DNA of 64,000 bases from assembly GCF_003018115.1 (NCBI RefSeq), contig NZ_CP027457.1. One strand, 5' to 3'. The notes below the pieces were generated by a model. That model saw nothing but the letters and a program-made list of their open reading frames with translations. It was not told the DNA's origin and did not search any database. Source of the DNA: Escherichia coli (lineage in GTDB: Bacteria; Pseudomonadota; Gammaproteobacteria; Enterobacterales; Enterobacteriaceae). Made by a program: the position numbers and the translations under genes. Shown here one piece after another: positions 13,301-24,388 of this stretch (its first letter is position 1; every line of letters begins with the position of its first letter).

Positions 13301-16300
13301 ATGACAGAACAACAAAAATTGACCTTTACTGCCTTGCAGCAGCGGCTGGATTCGCTGATGCTGCGTGACAGGCTGCGTTTTTCTCGCCGTCTGCACGGTG
13401 TGAAGAAGGTTAAAAATCCTGATGCACAACAGGCCATTTTCCAGGAGATGGCGAAAGAGATTGACCAGGCGGTAGGGAAAGTCCTGCTACGTGAAGCGGC
13501 ACGTCCGGAAATCACTTATCCGGACAATTTGCCGGTTAGTCAGAAAAAACAGGACATTCTCGAAGCGATTCGTGATCACCAGGTGGTAATCGTCGCCGGG
13601 GAAACGGGTTCTGGTAAAACGACTCAGTTACCGAAAATCTGTATGGAGCTGGGGCGCGGGATTAAAGGGCTGATCGGCCATACCCAGCCGCGTCGCCTGG
13701 CGGCAAGAACGGTGGCGAACCGTATTGCGGAAGAGCTGAAAACGGAGCCGGGCGGTTGCATCGGTTACAAAGTGCGTTTCAGCGATCACGTAAGTGATAA
13801 CACGATGGTCAAGCTGATGACCGACGGTATCCTGCTGGCGGAGATCCAGCAAGACCGCCTGCTGATGCAGTACGACACCATCATTATTGACGAAGCGCAC
13901 GAACGCAGCCTGAATATCGATTTTCTGCTCGGCTATTTGAAAGAGTTGCTGCCGCGGCGTCCTGACCTAAAAATCATTATCACTTCCGCGACTATCGACC
14001 CGGAACGCTTTTCGCGCCACTTTAATAATGCGCCGATTATTGAAGTCTCCGGTCGGACCTATCCGGTGGAAGTGCGCTATCGCCCGATTGTTGAAGAAGC
14101 CGATGACACCGAGCGCGATCAGTTGCAGGCGATTTTTGACGCCGTAGACGAACTAAGCCAGGAAAGCCCCGGCGACATTCTGATCTTTATGAGCGGCGAG
14201 CGGGAAATTCGCGATACCGCCGATGCGCTGAACAAGCTGAACTTACGCCATACCGAAATCTTGCCGCTTTATGCGCGGCTTTCGAATAGCGAACAGAACC
14301 GCGTGTTCCAGTCGCACAGCGGGCGACGCATTGTGCTGGCGACCAACGTCGCGGAAACCTCGCTGACTGTACCGGGGATTAAATACGTTATCGACCCCGG
14401 TACGGCGCGTATCAGCCGCTACAGCTATCGCACCAAAGTGCAGCGTTTGCCGATTGAGCCCATTTCGCAGGCGTCTGCCAATCAGCGTAAAGGCCGCTGT
14501 GGTCGTGTGTCCGAAGGGATCTGTATTCGTCTCTATTCCGAAGACGATTTCCTTTCGCGCCCGGAGTTTACCGATCCGGAGATTCTGCGTACCAACCTGG
14601 CCTCGGTTATTTTGCAGATGACCGCGCTGGGGTTGGGCGATATCGCCGCGTTCCCGTTTGTAGAAGCACCGGATAAACGCAATATCCAGGATGGCGTGCG
14701 TCTGCTCGAAGAGCTGGGCGCGATCACCACGGATGAACAGGCCAGCGCCTATAAACTGACACCGCTCGGTCGCCAGCTCTCGCAGTTGCCTGTCGACCCA
14801 CGTTTGGCGCGTATGGTGCTGGAAGCGCAAAAACATGGCTGCGTGCGTGAGGCGATGATTATCACGTCCGCGCTCTCCATTCAGGATCCGCGCGAGCGTC
14901 CGATGGATAAACAGCAGGCGTCGGACGAAAAACATCGCCGCTTCCACGACAAAGAATCCGACTTCCTCGCGTTTGTAAATCTGTGGAATTATCTTGGCGA
15001 GCAGCAAAAGGCGCTTTCTTCCAACGCCTTCCGTCGCCTGTGTCGTACCGATTATCTCAACTATCTGCGCGTGGGCGAATGGCAGGATATCTACACTCAG
15101 TTGCGCCAGGTGGTGAAAGAGCTTGGCATTCCGGTTAACAGCGAACCGGCGGAGTATCGCGAAATTCACATCGCCTTACTGACCGGTTTGCTTTCCCATA
15201 TCGGCATGAAAGATGCCGATAAACAAGAATATACCGGCGCACGTAACGCGCGTTTCTCCATCTTCCCCGGTTCTGGTTTATTCAAAAAACCGCCGAAATG
15301 GGTAATGGTGGCGGAACTGGTAGAAACCAGCCGCCTGTGGGGACGTATTGCGGCACGCATCGATCCAGAATGGGTGGAACCCGTCGCTCAGCATTTGATT
15401 AAACGTACCTACAGCGAACCGCACTGGGAACGGGCGCAGGGCGCGGTGATGGCAACGGAAAAAGTCACTGTTTATGGTTTGCCGATTGTTGCCGCGCGCA
15501 AGGTCAACTACAGCCAGATCGATCCGGCGTTATGTCGTGAACTCTTTATTCGCCACGCGCTGGTGGAAGGTGACTGGCAGACGCGTCACGCATTCTTTCG
15601 TGAAAACCTGAAACTGCGTGCCGAAGTGGAAGAGCTGGAACACAAATCACGTCGCCGCGATATTCTGGTGGATGACGAAACGCTGTTTGAGTTCTACGAC
15701 CAGCGCATCAGCCACGATGTAATCTCCGCTCGTCACTTCGACAGCTGGTGGAAAAAAGTCAGCCGCGAAACGCCTGATTTGCTCAACTTTGAAAAGAGCA
15801 TGTTGATCAAAGAAGGGGCGGAAAAAATCAGCAAGCTGGATTATCCGAACTTCTGGCATCAGGGCAATCTCAAGCTGCGTTTGAGCTATCAGTTTGAGCC
15901 AGGCGCGGACGCGGACGGTGTGACCGTACATATTCCGCTGCCGTTACTTAACCAGGTTGAGGAAAACGGGTTTGAATGGCAGATCCCCGGTCTGCGCCGC
16001 GAATTGGTGATTGCTCTGATTAAATCGTTGCCGAAACCGGTACGCCGTAATTTTGTGCCTGCACCAAACTACGCCGAAGCGTTTTTAGGCCGCGTCACAC
16101 CGCTGGAGTTACCGTTGCTCGACAGCCTTGAGCGCGAGTTACGGCGGATGACCGGTGTTACCGTTGACCGCGAAGACTGGCACTGGGATCAGGTGCCCGA
16201 TCACCTGAAAATCACCTTCCGCGTGGTGGATGACAAAAACAAGAAGCTAAAAGAAGGGCGCTCTCTACAAGATCTGAAAGATGCGCTGAAAGGCAAAGTG

Positions 16301-17203
16301 CAGGAAACGCTGTCTGCGGTGGCGGATGACGGTATCGAGCAGAGCGGCTTACATATCTGGAGTTTTGGTCAGCTGCCGGAAAGCTACGAACAGAAGCGTG
16401 GCAACTACAAAGTGAAGGCGTGGCCAGCGCTGGTGGATGAGCGCGACAGCGTGGCGATCAAACTGTTTGATAATCCGCTGGAACAAAAGCAGGCAATGTG
16501 GAACGGTCTTCGCCGTCTACTGCTGCTGAATATTCCATCGCCGATCAAGTATTTACATGAGAAGTTACCAAACAAAGCCAAGCTTGGACTGTACTTTAAC
16601 CCGTATGGCAAAGTGCTGGAGCTGATCGACGACTGTATCTCCTGCGGTGTGGATAAATTGATCGACGCCAATGGTGGCCCGGTCTGGACGGAAGAAGGCT
16701 TTGCTGCGCTGCATGAAAAAGTGCGCGCCGAACTGAATGACACGGTGGTGGATATTGCGAAGCAGGTCGAGCAAATCCTTACGGCGGTGTTCAATATCAA
16801 CAAACGCCTGAAGGGGCGGGTGGATATGACGATGGCGCTGGGGCTTTCTGACATTAAAGCGCAGATGGGCGGGCTGGTGTATCGCGGTTTTGTGACTGGT
16901 AACGGCTTCAAACGGCTGGGCGACACGCTGCGTTATTTGCAGGCGATTGAAAAACGGCTGGAAAAACTGGCGGTTGATCCACATCGCGATCGTGCACAGA
17001 TGCTGAAAGTCGAAAACGTCCAGCAGGCGTGGCAGCAATGGATCAACAAACTGCCGCCTGCACGTCGTGAGGATGAAGACGTGAAAGAGATCCGTTGGAT
17101 GATAGAAGAGCTGCGCGTTAGTTACTTCGCTCAACAACTCGGTACACCTTATCCGATTTCAGATAAGCGTATTTTGCAGGCGATGGAGCAGATTAGCGGT
17201 TAA
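13301..17203 (+). CDS. hrpA: ATP-dependent DEAH-box RNA helicase
   Basis: 1300-aa ORF; Walker A GETGSGKT, DEAH box (IIIDEAHERS), helicase-associated domains. Confidence 0.95.
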   Translation: MTEQQKLTFTALQQRLDSLMLRDRLRFSRRLHGVKKVKNPDAQQAIFQEMAKEIDQAVGKVLLREAARPEITYPDNLPVSQKKQDILEAIRDHQVVIVAGETGSGKTTQLPKICMELGRGIKGLIGHTQPRRLAARTVANRIAEELKTEPGGCIGYKVRFSDHVSDNTMVKLMTDGILLAEIQQDRLLMQYDTIIIDEAHERSLNIDFLLGYLKELLPRRPDLKIIITSATIDPERFSRHFNNAPIIEVSGRTYPVEVRYRPIVEEADDTERDQLQAIFDAVDELSQESPGDILIFMSGEREIRDTADALNKLNLRHTEILPLYARLSNSEQNRVFQSHSGRRIVLATNVAETSLTVPGIKYVIDPGTARISRYSYRTKVQRLPIEPISQASANQRKGRCGRVSEGICIRLYSEDDFLSRPEFTDPEILRTNLASVILQMTALGLGDIAAFPFVEAPDKRNIQDGVRLLEELGAITTDEQASAYKLTPLGRQLSQLPVDPRLARMVLEAQKHGCVREAMIITSALSIQDPRERPMDKQQASDEKHRRFHDKESDFLAFVNLWNYLGEQQKALSSNAFRRLCRTDYLNYLRVGEWQDIYTQLRQVVKELGIPVNSEPAEYREIHIALLTGLLSHIGMKDADKQEYTGARNARFSIFPGSGLFKKPPKWVMVAELVETSRLWGRIAARIDPEWVEPVAQHLIKRTYSEPHWERAQGAVMATEKVTVYGLPIVAARKVNYSQIDPALCRELFIRHALVEGDWQTRHAFFRENLKLRAEVEELEHKSRRRDILVDDETLFEFYDQRISHDVISARHFDSWWKKVSRETPDLLNFEKSMLIKEGAEKISKLDYPNFWHQGNLKLRLSYQFEPGADADGVTVHIPLPLLNQVEENGFEWQIPGLRRELVIALIKSLPKPVRRNFVPAPNYAEAFLGRVTPLELPLLDSLERELRRMTGVTVDREDWHWDQVPDHLKITFRVVDDKNKKLKEGRSLQDLKDALKGKVQETLSAVADDGIEQSGLHIWSFGQLPESYEQKRGNYKVKAWPALVDERDSVAIKLFDNPLEQKQAMWNGLRRLLLLNIPSPIKYLHEKLPNKAKLGLYFNPYGKVLELIDDCISCGVDKLIDANGGPVWTEEGFAALHEKVRAELNDTVVDIAKQVEQILTAVFNINKRLKGRVDMTMALGLSDIKAQMGGLVYRGFVTGNGFKRLGDTLRYLQAIEKRLEKLAVDPHRDRAQMLKVENVQQAWQQWINKLPPARREDEDVKEIRWMIEELRVSYFAQQLGTPYPISDKRILQAMEQISG

Positions 17204-17228
17204 CGCGGCTATTTGCCTGATAAATATA

Positions 17229-17262
17229 AAACCCGGTAAGCATTTAGCGCCGGGTTTTTTAT
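17229..17262 (+). terminator. rho-independent terminator after hrpA (ACCCGG...CCGGGT then TTTTTT)
   Basis: Hairpin plus T6 tract. Confidence 0.6.
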
Positions 17263-17474
17263 TAATTCTAAAACGGTAAGGGCAAAAATTCAGGAATTCA
17301 GAAAAATACAATTCTCTGCTGCAAGATGAATAATGTTTATCTACAGCATTTCCTTAAAAGATATGTCAGGCTTGCGGAGTGGCGGTTAAGGAAATACGAC
17401 TTCCTCCTTTCAGAGTGCTCCGCTTCTCACTATTATCTCACGCAGTATTCTTAAGGGAACGATAAGGAGGAACC

Positions 17475-18275
17475 ATGAACATTACCCCGTTTCCGACGCT
17501 TTCGACGGCAACTATAGATGCCATAAATGTTATCGGACAGTGGCTGGCGCAGGATGATTTCTCCGGTGAGGTGCCGTATCAGGCCGATTGCGTCATACTT
17601 GCAGGCAATGCGGTTATGCCGACTATAGATGCGGCATGTAAGATTGCCCGCGATCAGCAAATTCCTTTACTGATTAGTGGTGGTATCGGTCACTCGACAA
17701 CTTTTTTGTATAGCGCCATCGCACAGCATCCGCACTACAACACTATCCGCACCACTGGCAGAGCAGAAGCGACCATCCTGGCGGATATCGCTCATCAGTT
17801 CTGGCACATTCCGCATGAAAAAATCTGGATTGAAGATCAGTCAACAAACTGCGGTGAAAACGCACGCTTTAGCATCGCGCTATTGAATCAGGCCGTAGAA
17901 CGAGTTCATACGGCTATCGTTGTTCAGGACCCCACCATGCAGCGACGCACGATGGCGACGTTCCGCCGTATGACTGGGGACAATCCCGATGCACCACGCT
18001 GGTTAAGTTATCCCGGATTCGTTCCTCAGTTAGGAAATAACGCAGACAGTGTAATCTTTGTTAATCCGTTGCAAGGATTATGGCCGGTTGAGCGTTATCT
18101 CTCACTACTCACTGGCGAGCTGCCGCGTTTACGCGATGATAGCGATGGCTACGGTCCCCGCGGGCGAGATTTTATCGTTCACGTTGATTTTCCGGCAGAA
18201 GTCATTCAGGCATGGCAAACGCTTAAACACGATGCGGTGCTCATCGAGGCGATGGAAAGTCGCTCGTTACGTTAA
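17475..18275 (+). CDS. ydcF: DUF218-family protein
   Basis: 266-aa ORF with GGAGG RBS upstream; synteny between hrpA and aldA. Confidence 0.85.
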   Translation: MNITPFPTLSTATIDAINVIGQWLAQDDFSGEVPYQADCVILAGNAVMPTIDAACKIARDQQIPLLISGGIGHSTTFLYSAIAQHPHYNTIRTTGRAEATILADIAHQFWHIPHEKIWIEDQSTNCGENARFSIALLNQAVERVHTAIVVQDPTMQRRTMATFRRMTGDNPDAPRWLSYPGFVPQLGNNADSVIFVNPLQGLWPVERYLSLLTGELPRLRDDSDGYGPRGRDFIVHVDFPAEVIQAWQTLKHDAVLIEAMESRSLR

Positions 18276-18471
18276 AAATTGCCCGTTTGTGAACCACTTG
18301 TTTGCAAACGGGCATGACTCCTGACTTTTATTTCTGCCTTTTATTCCTTTTACACTTGTTTTTATGAAGCCCTTCACAGAATTGTCCTTTCACGATGCCG
18401 TCTCTCTGATGATTGATGTTAATTAACAATGTATTCACCGAAAACAAACATATAAATCACAGGAGTCGCCC

Positions 18472-19911
18472 ATGTCAGTACCCGTTCAACATCCTATGTA
18501 TATCGATGGACAGTTTGTTACCTGGCGTGGAGACGCATGGATTGATGTGGTAAACCCTGCTACAGAGGCTGTCATTTCCCGCATACCCGATGGTCAGGCC
18601 GAGGATGCCCGTAAGGCAATCGATGCAGCAGAACGTGCACAACCAGAATGGGAAGCGTTGCCTGCTATTGAACGCGCCAGTTGGTTGCGCAAAATCTCCG
18701 CCGGGATCCGCGAACGCGCCAGTGAAATCAGTGCGCTGATTGTTGAAGAAGGGGGCAAGATCCAGCAGCTGGCTGAAGTCGAAGTGGCTTTTACTGCCGA
18801 CTATATCGATTACATGGCGGAGTGGGCACGGCGTTACGAGGGCGAGATTATTCAAAGCGATCGTCCAGGAGAAAATATTCTTCTGTTTAAACGTGCGCTT
18901 GGTGTGACTACCGGCATTCTGCCGTGGAACTTCCCGTTCTTCCTCATTGCACGCAAAATGGCTCCCGCTCTTTTGACCGGTAATACCATCGTCATTAAAC
19001 CCAGTGAATTTACGCCAAACAATGCGATTGCATTCGCCAAAATCGTCGATGAAATAGGCCTTCCGCGCGGCGTGTTTAACCTTGTACTGGGGCGTGGTGA
19101 AACCGTTGGGCAAGAACTGGCGGGTAACCCAAAGGTCGCAATGGTCAGTATGACAGGCAGCGTCTCTGCAGGTGAGAAGATCATGGCGACTGCGGCGAAA
19201 AACATCACCAAAGTGTGTCTGGAATTGGGTGGTAAAGCACCAGCTATCGTAATGGACGATGCCGATCTTGAACTGGCAGTCAAAGCCATCGTTGATTCAC
19301 GCGTCATTAATAGTGGGCAAGTGTGTAACTGTGCAGAACGTGTTTATGTACAGAAAGGCATTTATGATCAGTTCGTCAATCGGCTGGGTGAAGCGATGCA
19401 GGCGGTTCAATTTGGTAACCCCGCTGAACGCAACGACATTGCGATGGGGCCGTTGATTAACGCCGCGGCGCTGGAAAGGGTCGAGCAAAAAGTGGCGCGC
19501 GCAGTAGAAGAAGGGGCGAGAGTGGCGTTGGGTGGCAAAGCGGTAGAGGGGAAAGGATATTATTATCCGCCGACATTGCTGCTGGATGTTCGCCAGGAAA
19601 TGTCGATTATGCATGAGGAAACCTTTGGCCCGGTGCTGCCAGTTGTCGCATTCGACACGCTGGAAGATGCTATCTCAATGGCTAATGACAGTGATTACGG
19701 CCTGACCTCATCAATCTATACCCAAAATCTGAACGTCGCGATGAAAGCCATTAAAGGGCTGAAGTTTGGTGAAACTTACATCAACCGTGAAAACTTCGAA
19801 GCTATGCAAGGCTTCCACGCCGGATGGCGTAAATCCGGTATTGGCGGCGCAGATGGTAAACATGGTCTGCATGAATATCTGCAGACCCAGGTGGTTTATT
19901 TACAGTCTTAA
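18472..19911 (+). CDS. aldA: lactaldehyde dehydrogenase (NAD-dependent aldehyde dehydrogenase)
   Basis: 479-aa ORF; catalytic Cys motif (GQVCNCAERV), ELGGKAP. Confidence 0.95.
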   Translation: MSVPVQHPMYIDGQFVTWRGDAWIDVVNPATEAVISRIPDGQAEDARKAIDAAERAQPEWEALPAIERASWLRKISAGIRERASEISALIVEEGGKIQQLAEVEVAFTADYIDYMAEWARRYEGEIIQSDRPGENILLFKRALGVTTGILPWNFPFFLIARKMAPALLTGNTIVIKPSEFTPNNAIAFAKIVDEIGLPRGVFNLVLGRGETVGQELAGNPKVAMVSMTGSVSAGEKIMATAAKNITKVCLELGGKAPAIVMDDADLELAVKAIVDSRVINSGQVCNCAERVYVQKGIYDQFVNRLGEAMQAVQFGNPAERNDIAMGPLINAAALERVEQKVARAVEEGARVALGGKAVEGKGYYYPPTLLLDVRQEMSIMHEETFGPVLPVVAFDTLEDAISMANDSDYGLTSSIYTQNLNVAMKAIKGLKFGETYINRENFEAMQGFHAGWRKSGIGGADGKHGLHEYLQTQVVYLQS

Positions 19912-19920
19912 TGAGTGAAA

Positions 19921-19949
19921 GAGGCGGAGGTTTTTTCCTCCGCCTGTGC
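19921..19949. terminator. GC-rich hairpin between convergent aldA and gapC (AGGCGGAGG-TTTTT-CCTCCGCCT)
   Basis: 9-bp stem; probable bidirectional terminator. Confidence 0.4.
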
Positions 19950-19952
19950 GCG

Positions 19953-20954
19953 TCAGAGTTTAGCGAATTTTTCGAGGGTGCGAATAAGCTGCGTGACGAA
20001 GCCATATTCGTTATCGTACCAGGCGACCGTTTTCACCAGTTGTAAATCGCCCACGGCGGTAATTTCCGTTTGCGTGGCATCAAACACCGAACCGAAATGG
20101 CTGCCAATGATATCGGAAGAGACTATTTCTTCATCGGTATAACCAAATGACTCGTTATTGGTGGTTGCTTGTTTAAGTGCGTTATTCACCTCTTCGGCAG
20201 TCACTTTTTTTCCGAGAATCGATACCAGTTCAGTGACCGAACCTGTTTTCACCGGCACGCGTTGCGCATGACCTTTCAGTTTGCCGCTCAGTTCCGGGAT
20301 CACCAGACCAATGGCTTTTGCCGCGCCCGTAGTGTGGGGGATGATATTTTCTGCCGCTGCGCGTGAAGCACGTAAATCTTTACCACGCGGGCCATCCACC
20401 AGTGACTGGGTGCCAGTATAGGCATGAATGGTCGTCATCGTGCCGACTTCTATCCCGAAACTGTCATGCAAGGCTTTGGCCATCGGCGCAAGGCAGTTAG
20501 TGGTGCATGACGCCACGGAAACAATGGTATCGTTGCCATCCAGAGTGTCGTCATTGACGTTATAAACGATAGTTTTCATTTCACCGGCAGGGGCGGAAAT
20601 CAACACCTTCTTCGCGCCAGCATCGAGATGCGCCTGCGATTTCTCGGCGGAGGTATAAAAGCCAGTACATTCGACAATGATTTCTGCACCTTTCGCTTTC
20701 CACGGAATATTTTTAGCCTCTTTTTCGGCGTAAACCGCGATACTTTTCCCATTAACGATAAGTGAATCTTCCGTAAAATCAACGCTCCAGGGGAACGGTC
20801 CGTAGTTTGAATCATGTTTGAGCAGGTAGGCGAGAATTTTTGGAGAAGTGAGATCATTAATAGCGACAACGTCTATGTTGCTTTTGACTTCAAGTAATCG
20901 ACGCAACACCAGTCGACCGATACGACCAAAACCGTTAATACCAACTTTACTCAT
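19953..20954 (-). CDS. gapC: glyceraldehyde-3-phosphate dehydrogenase C, apparently intact
   Basis: Uninterrupted 333-aa ORF with GAPDH motifs ([18 protein letters not shown]). Confidence 0.85.
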   Translation of the reverse strand: MSKVGINGFGRIGRLVLRRLLEVKSNIDVVAINDLTSPKILAYLLKHDSNYGPFPWSVDFTEDSLIVNGKSIAVYAEKEAKNIPWKAKGAEIIVECTGFYTSAEKSQAHLDAGAKKVLISAPAGEMKTIVYNVNDDTLDGNDTIVSVASCTTNCLAPMAKALHDSFGIEVGTMTTIHAYTGTQSLVDGPRGKDLRASRAAAENIIPHTTGAAKAIGLVIPELSGKLKGHAQRVPVKTGSVTELVSILGKKVTAEEVNNALKQATTNNESFGYTDEEIVSSDIIGSHFGSVFDATQTEITAVGDLQLVKTVAWYDNEYGFVTQLIRTLEKFAKL

Positions 20955-21142
20955 GGTTTTCTCCTGTCAGGAACGTTCGGATGAAAATTGATCCTTTCCA
21001 GGCTTAGACCAGGATTGTGGGATGGGCAATCTCCATTCTTACAGTGAAACGTAACGTACTGAAAACGGGTGAACAATATTTAATGAAATTTTGAGAAAAG
21101 CCCGTTATGTTAACGGAAAATTATGTTGAAGCAGGAAATGTT

Positions 21143-21673
21143 ATGGAAAATAAATACTCAAGGTTACAAATCGGCATTCACTGGCTGGTCTTTTTGCTGG
21201 TTATCGCAGCGTATTGCGCAATGGAGTTTCGTGGTTTCTTCCCACGTAGCGAACGGCCGCTCATCAACATGATTCATGTTTCCTGTGGCATCTCAATTCT
21301 CGTGCTGATGGTGGTTCGTCTTTTGTTAAGACTGAAATACCCAACCCCGCCGATTATACCTAAGCCGAAACCGATGATGACGGGACTGGCGCATTTGGGA
21401 CATTTGGTGATTTATCTCCTGTTTATTGCGCTGCCAGTGATTGGTTTGGTGATGATGTATAACCGGGGCAACCCGTGGTTTGCGTTTGGTTTGACGATGC
21501 CTTACGCTTCAGAGGCCAATTTCGAACGGGTAGATAGCTTAAAGTCGTGGCATGAAACGCTGGCGAATCTGGGATATTTTGTCATCGGTTTGCACGCTGC
21601 GGCTGCACTGGCACACCACTATTTCTGGAAGGACAACACACTTCTACGCATGATGCCGCGTAAACGTTCCTGA
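21143..21673 (+). CDS. cybB: cytochrome b561
   Basis: Internal ATG giving MENKYSRLQIGIHWLVFLL..., 176 aa, four TM helices with His ligands. Confidence 0.9.
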   Translation: MENKYSRLQIGIHWLVFLLVIAAYCAMEFRGFFPRSERPLINMIHVSCGISILVLMVVRLLLRLKYPTPPIIPKPKPMMTGLAHLGHLVIYLLFIALPVIGLVMMYNRGNPWFAFGLTMPYASEANFERVDSLKSWHETLANLGYFVIGLHAAAALAHHYFWKDNTLLRMMPRKRS

Positions 21674-21683
21674 AGAATATTTA

Positions 21684-21747
21684 AAGAAAACGCCTGTACT
21701 AAAACCGACCCGTGGTACAGGCGAAGAATACGGGTCTACATCGGAAG
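21684..21747 (-). ncRNA. rydC: RydC small regulatory RNA (Hfq-dependent pseudoknot sRNA)
   Basis: Minus strand reads CTTCCGATGTAGACCCGTATTCTTCGCCTGTACCACGGGTCGGTTTTAGTACAGGCGTTTTCTT (64 nt), which matches my recollection of RydC; lies between cybB and ydcA. Confidence 0.65.
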
Positions 21748-21917
21748 CGCCTATTATATTTATTTGTATGACAAATAAAACCATAATCCTTGCCCATACG
21801 TCTATCTGGCTTATTTTTAATCAATTCACCCGATCTTTGATCTCATCAACGGTATCAAAATAAACCAGCGTATAACGTTCAAATCGAACATAAGATTCGA
21901 TAAACCATGGAGGTTAT

Positions 21918-22091
21918 ATGAAAAAACTAGCACTTATTTTGTTTATGGGAACGCTTGTTTCCTTTTATGCCGATGCCGGGCGCAAACCCTGTTCTGGTTC
22001 GAAAGGGGGGATCTCACACTGTACGGCAGGCGGCAAATTTGTCTGTAATGATGGTTCTATTAGTGCATCGAAAAAAACATGCACTAACTGA
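21918..22091 (+). CDS. ydcA: small secreted Cys-rich protein
   Basis: 57-codon ORF (below the ORF-track cutoff) MKKLALILFMGTLVSFYADAGRKPCSG... with GGAGG RBS; signal peptide. Confidence 0.7.
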   Translation: MKKLALILFMGTLVSFYADAGRKPCSGSKGGISHCTAGGKFVCNDGSISASKKTCTN

Positions 22092-22162
22092 AGTGTAAAA
22101 GGGGTGCCATGAGAAAATGAATCTGCTAGTCAGATGCGCGGGGAAAATCCCCGCGCTTGCCC

Positions 22163-22354
<192 letters not shown>

Positions 22355-22370
<16 letters not shown>

Positions 22371-22420
22371 TCGTTGGCCTCGGTTGATAGAAATATCGGT
22401 CGGGGCCTTCGTCTTTCTGA
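22355..22420 (+). ncRNA. sokB: Sok-type antisense RNA to the mokB translation-initiation region (coordinates approximate)
   Basis: Inferred from the hok/sok architecture, where the antitoxin RNA is antisense to the mok start; ends not verifiable from sequence alone. Confidence 0.3.
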
Positions 22421-22644
22421 TTCCCGGTTAGCCTGAAAACAGAAAGTCTCAGGCACCCGCAGGCATCCTATGAGGTTTCCTTAGGGACGAAAATAATCAC
22501 TTCACGAAATTGCGTGCTGTTTTCCAGAATTTTTCGTCATTCGGGTTAGCCAGTTTAGCCATTCGTTACTCTCTTCATTCCAATAGCATTAATTTTCTCT
22601 GCAATAATTGTTGTAAAAATGTGACGCAAAGAGGTTTTTGGTCA

Positions 22645-22671
22645 TAAGTAATTACCGTCAAGTGCCGATGA
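22645..22671 (+). promoter_or_regulatory. sigma28 (FliA) promoter upstream of trg: TAAGTAAT-N11-GCCGATGA
   Basis: Close match to TAAAGTTT-N11-GCCGATAA consensus about 40 bp upstream of the trg ATG; trg is a class 3 flagellar/chemotaxis gene. Confidence 0.5.
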
Positions 22672-22710
22672 CTTTCTATCAGGAGTAAACCTGGACGAGA
22701 GACAACGGTA

Positions 22711-24351
22711 ATGAATACAACTCCCTCACAGCGATTAGGTTTTTTGCATCACATCAGGCTGGTTCCGTTATTTGCCTGCATTCTTGGCGGTATCTTAGTT
22801 CTATTCGCATTAAGTTCTGCTCTGGCTGGCTATTTCCTCTGGCAGGCCGATCGCGATCAGCGTGATGTTACTGCGGAGATTGAGATTCGGACCGGGTTAG
22901 CGAACAGTTCAGATTTTTTGCGTTCAGCCCGGATCAATATGATTCAGGCCGGGGCTGCGAGTCGTATTGCGGAAATGGAAGCAATGAAGCGAAATATTGC
23001 GCAAGCCGAATCGGAGATTAAACAGTCGCAGCAAGGGTATCGTGCTTATCAGAATCGGCCGGTGAAAACACCTGCTGATGAAGCCCTCGACACTGAATTA
23101 AATCAACGCTTTCAGGCTTATATCACGGGTATGCAACCTATGTTGAAATATGCCAAAAATGGCATGTTTGAAGCGATTATCAATCATGAAAGTGAGCAGA
23201 TCCGACCGCTGGATAATGCTTATACCGATATTTTGAACAAAGCCGTTAAGATACGTAGCACCAGAGCCAACCAACTGGCGGAACTGGCCCATCAGCGCAC
23301 CCGCCTGGGTGGGATGTTTATGATTGGCGCGTTTGTGCTTGCCCTGGTCATGACGCTGATAACATTTATGGTGCTACGTCGGATCGTCATTCGTCCACTG
23401 CAACATGCCGCACTACGGATTGAAAAAATCGCCAGTGGCGATCTGACGATGAATGATGAACCGGCGGGTCGTAATGAAATCGGTCGCTTAAGTCGTCATT
23501 TACAGCAAATGCAGCATTCACTGGGGATGACAGTAGGGACTGTTCGACAGGGCGCGGAAGAGATTTATCGTGGCACCAGCGAAATTTCCGCTGGCAATGC
23601 GGACCTTTCATCTCGCACCGAAGAACAAGCGGCGGCTATCGAACAAACTGCCGCCAGCATGGAGCAACTCACTGCGACGGTGAAACAGAATGCGGATAAC
23701 GCGCATCATGCCAGCAAACTGGCGCAAGAGGCTTCTATTAAAGCCAGCGATGGCGGGCAGACGGTTTCCGGGGTAGTAAAAACGATGGGCGCTATCTCCA
23801 CGAGTTCGAAGAAAATTTCTGAGATCACCGCCGTCATCAACAGTATTGCTTTCCAGACGAATATTCTGGCACTGAATGCTGCCGTTGAAGCTGCGCGAGC
23901 GGGTGAGCAAGGGCGTGGATTTGCCGTTGTCGCCAGCGAAGTACGGACACTCGCAAGCCGCAGCGCTCAGGCGGCGAAAGAGATTGAAGGCTTGATCAGT
24001 GAATCAGTCAGGTTAATTGACCTGGGGTCGGATGAGGTGGCAACGGCAGGGAAAACCATGAGCACTATTGTTGATGCCGTCGCGAGTGTCACACATATCA
24101 TGCAGGAAATCGCCGCCGCCTCGGATGAACAAAGTAGAGGCATAACGCAGGTTAGCCAGGCGATTTCTGAAATGGATAAGGTGACGCAACAGAATGCTTC
24201 TCTGGTAGAAGAGGCCTCAGCAGCGGCGGTGTCCCTTGAAGAACAGGCGGCACGATTAACTGAGGCGGTGGACGTATTCCGTCTGAACAAACATTCTGTG
24301 TCGGCAGAACCTCGCGGAGCGGGTGAACAAGTTAGTTTCGCTACGGTGTGA
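22711..24351 (+). CDS. trg: methyl-accepting chemotaxis protein III (ribose/galactose transducer)
   Basis: 546-aa ORF; two TMs, HAMP, conserved MCP signalling domain. Confidence 0.95.
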   Translation: MNTTPSQRLGFLHHIRLVPLFACILGGILVLFALSSALAGYFLWQADRDQRDVTAEIEIRTGLANSSDFLRSARINMIQAGAASRIAEMEAMKRNIAQAESEIKQSQQGYRAYQNRPVKTPADEALDTELNQRFQAYITGMQPMLKYAKNGMFEAIINHESEQIRPLDNAYTDILNKAVKIRSTRANQLAELAHQRTRLGGMFMIGAFVLALVMTLITFMVLRRIVIRPLQHAALRIEKIASGDLTMNDEPAGRNEIGRLSRHLQQMQHSLGMTVGTVRQGAEEIYRGTSEISAGNADLSSRTEEQAAAIEQTAASMEQLTATVKQNADNAHHASKLAQEASIKASDGGQTVSGVVKTMGAISTSSKKISEITAVINSIAFQTNILALNAAVEAARAGEQGRGFAVVASEVRTLASRSAQAAKEIEGLISESVRLIDLGSDEVATAGKTMSTIVDAVASVTHIMQEIAAASDEQSRGITQVSQAISEMDKVTQQNASLVEEASAAAVSLEEQAARLTEAVDVFRLNKHSVSAEPRGAGEQVSFATV

Positions 24352-24388
24352 AAATGTTCAAGGAGGGATCGACAGATCCCTTCACCTT

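Noticed and set aside
14243-15169. 308-aa minus-strand ORF inside hrpA
   Set aside because: Entirely antisense to a well-supported helicase gene; no RBS or protein-like features; a shadow ORF typical of GC-rich coding sequence.
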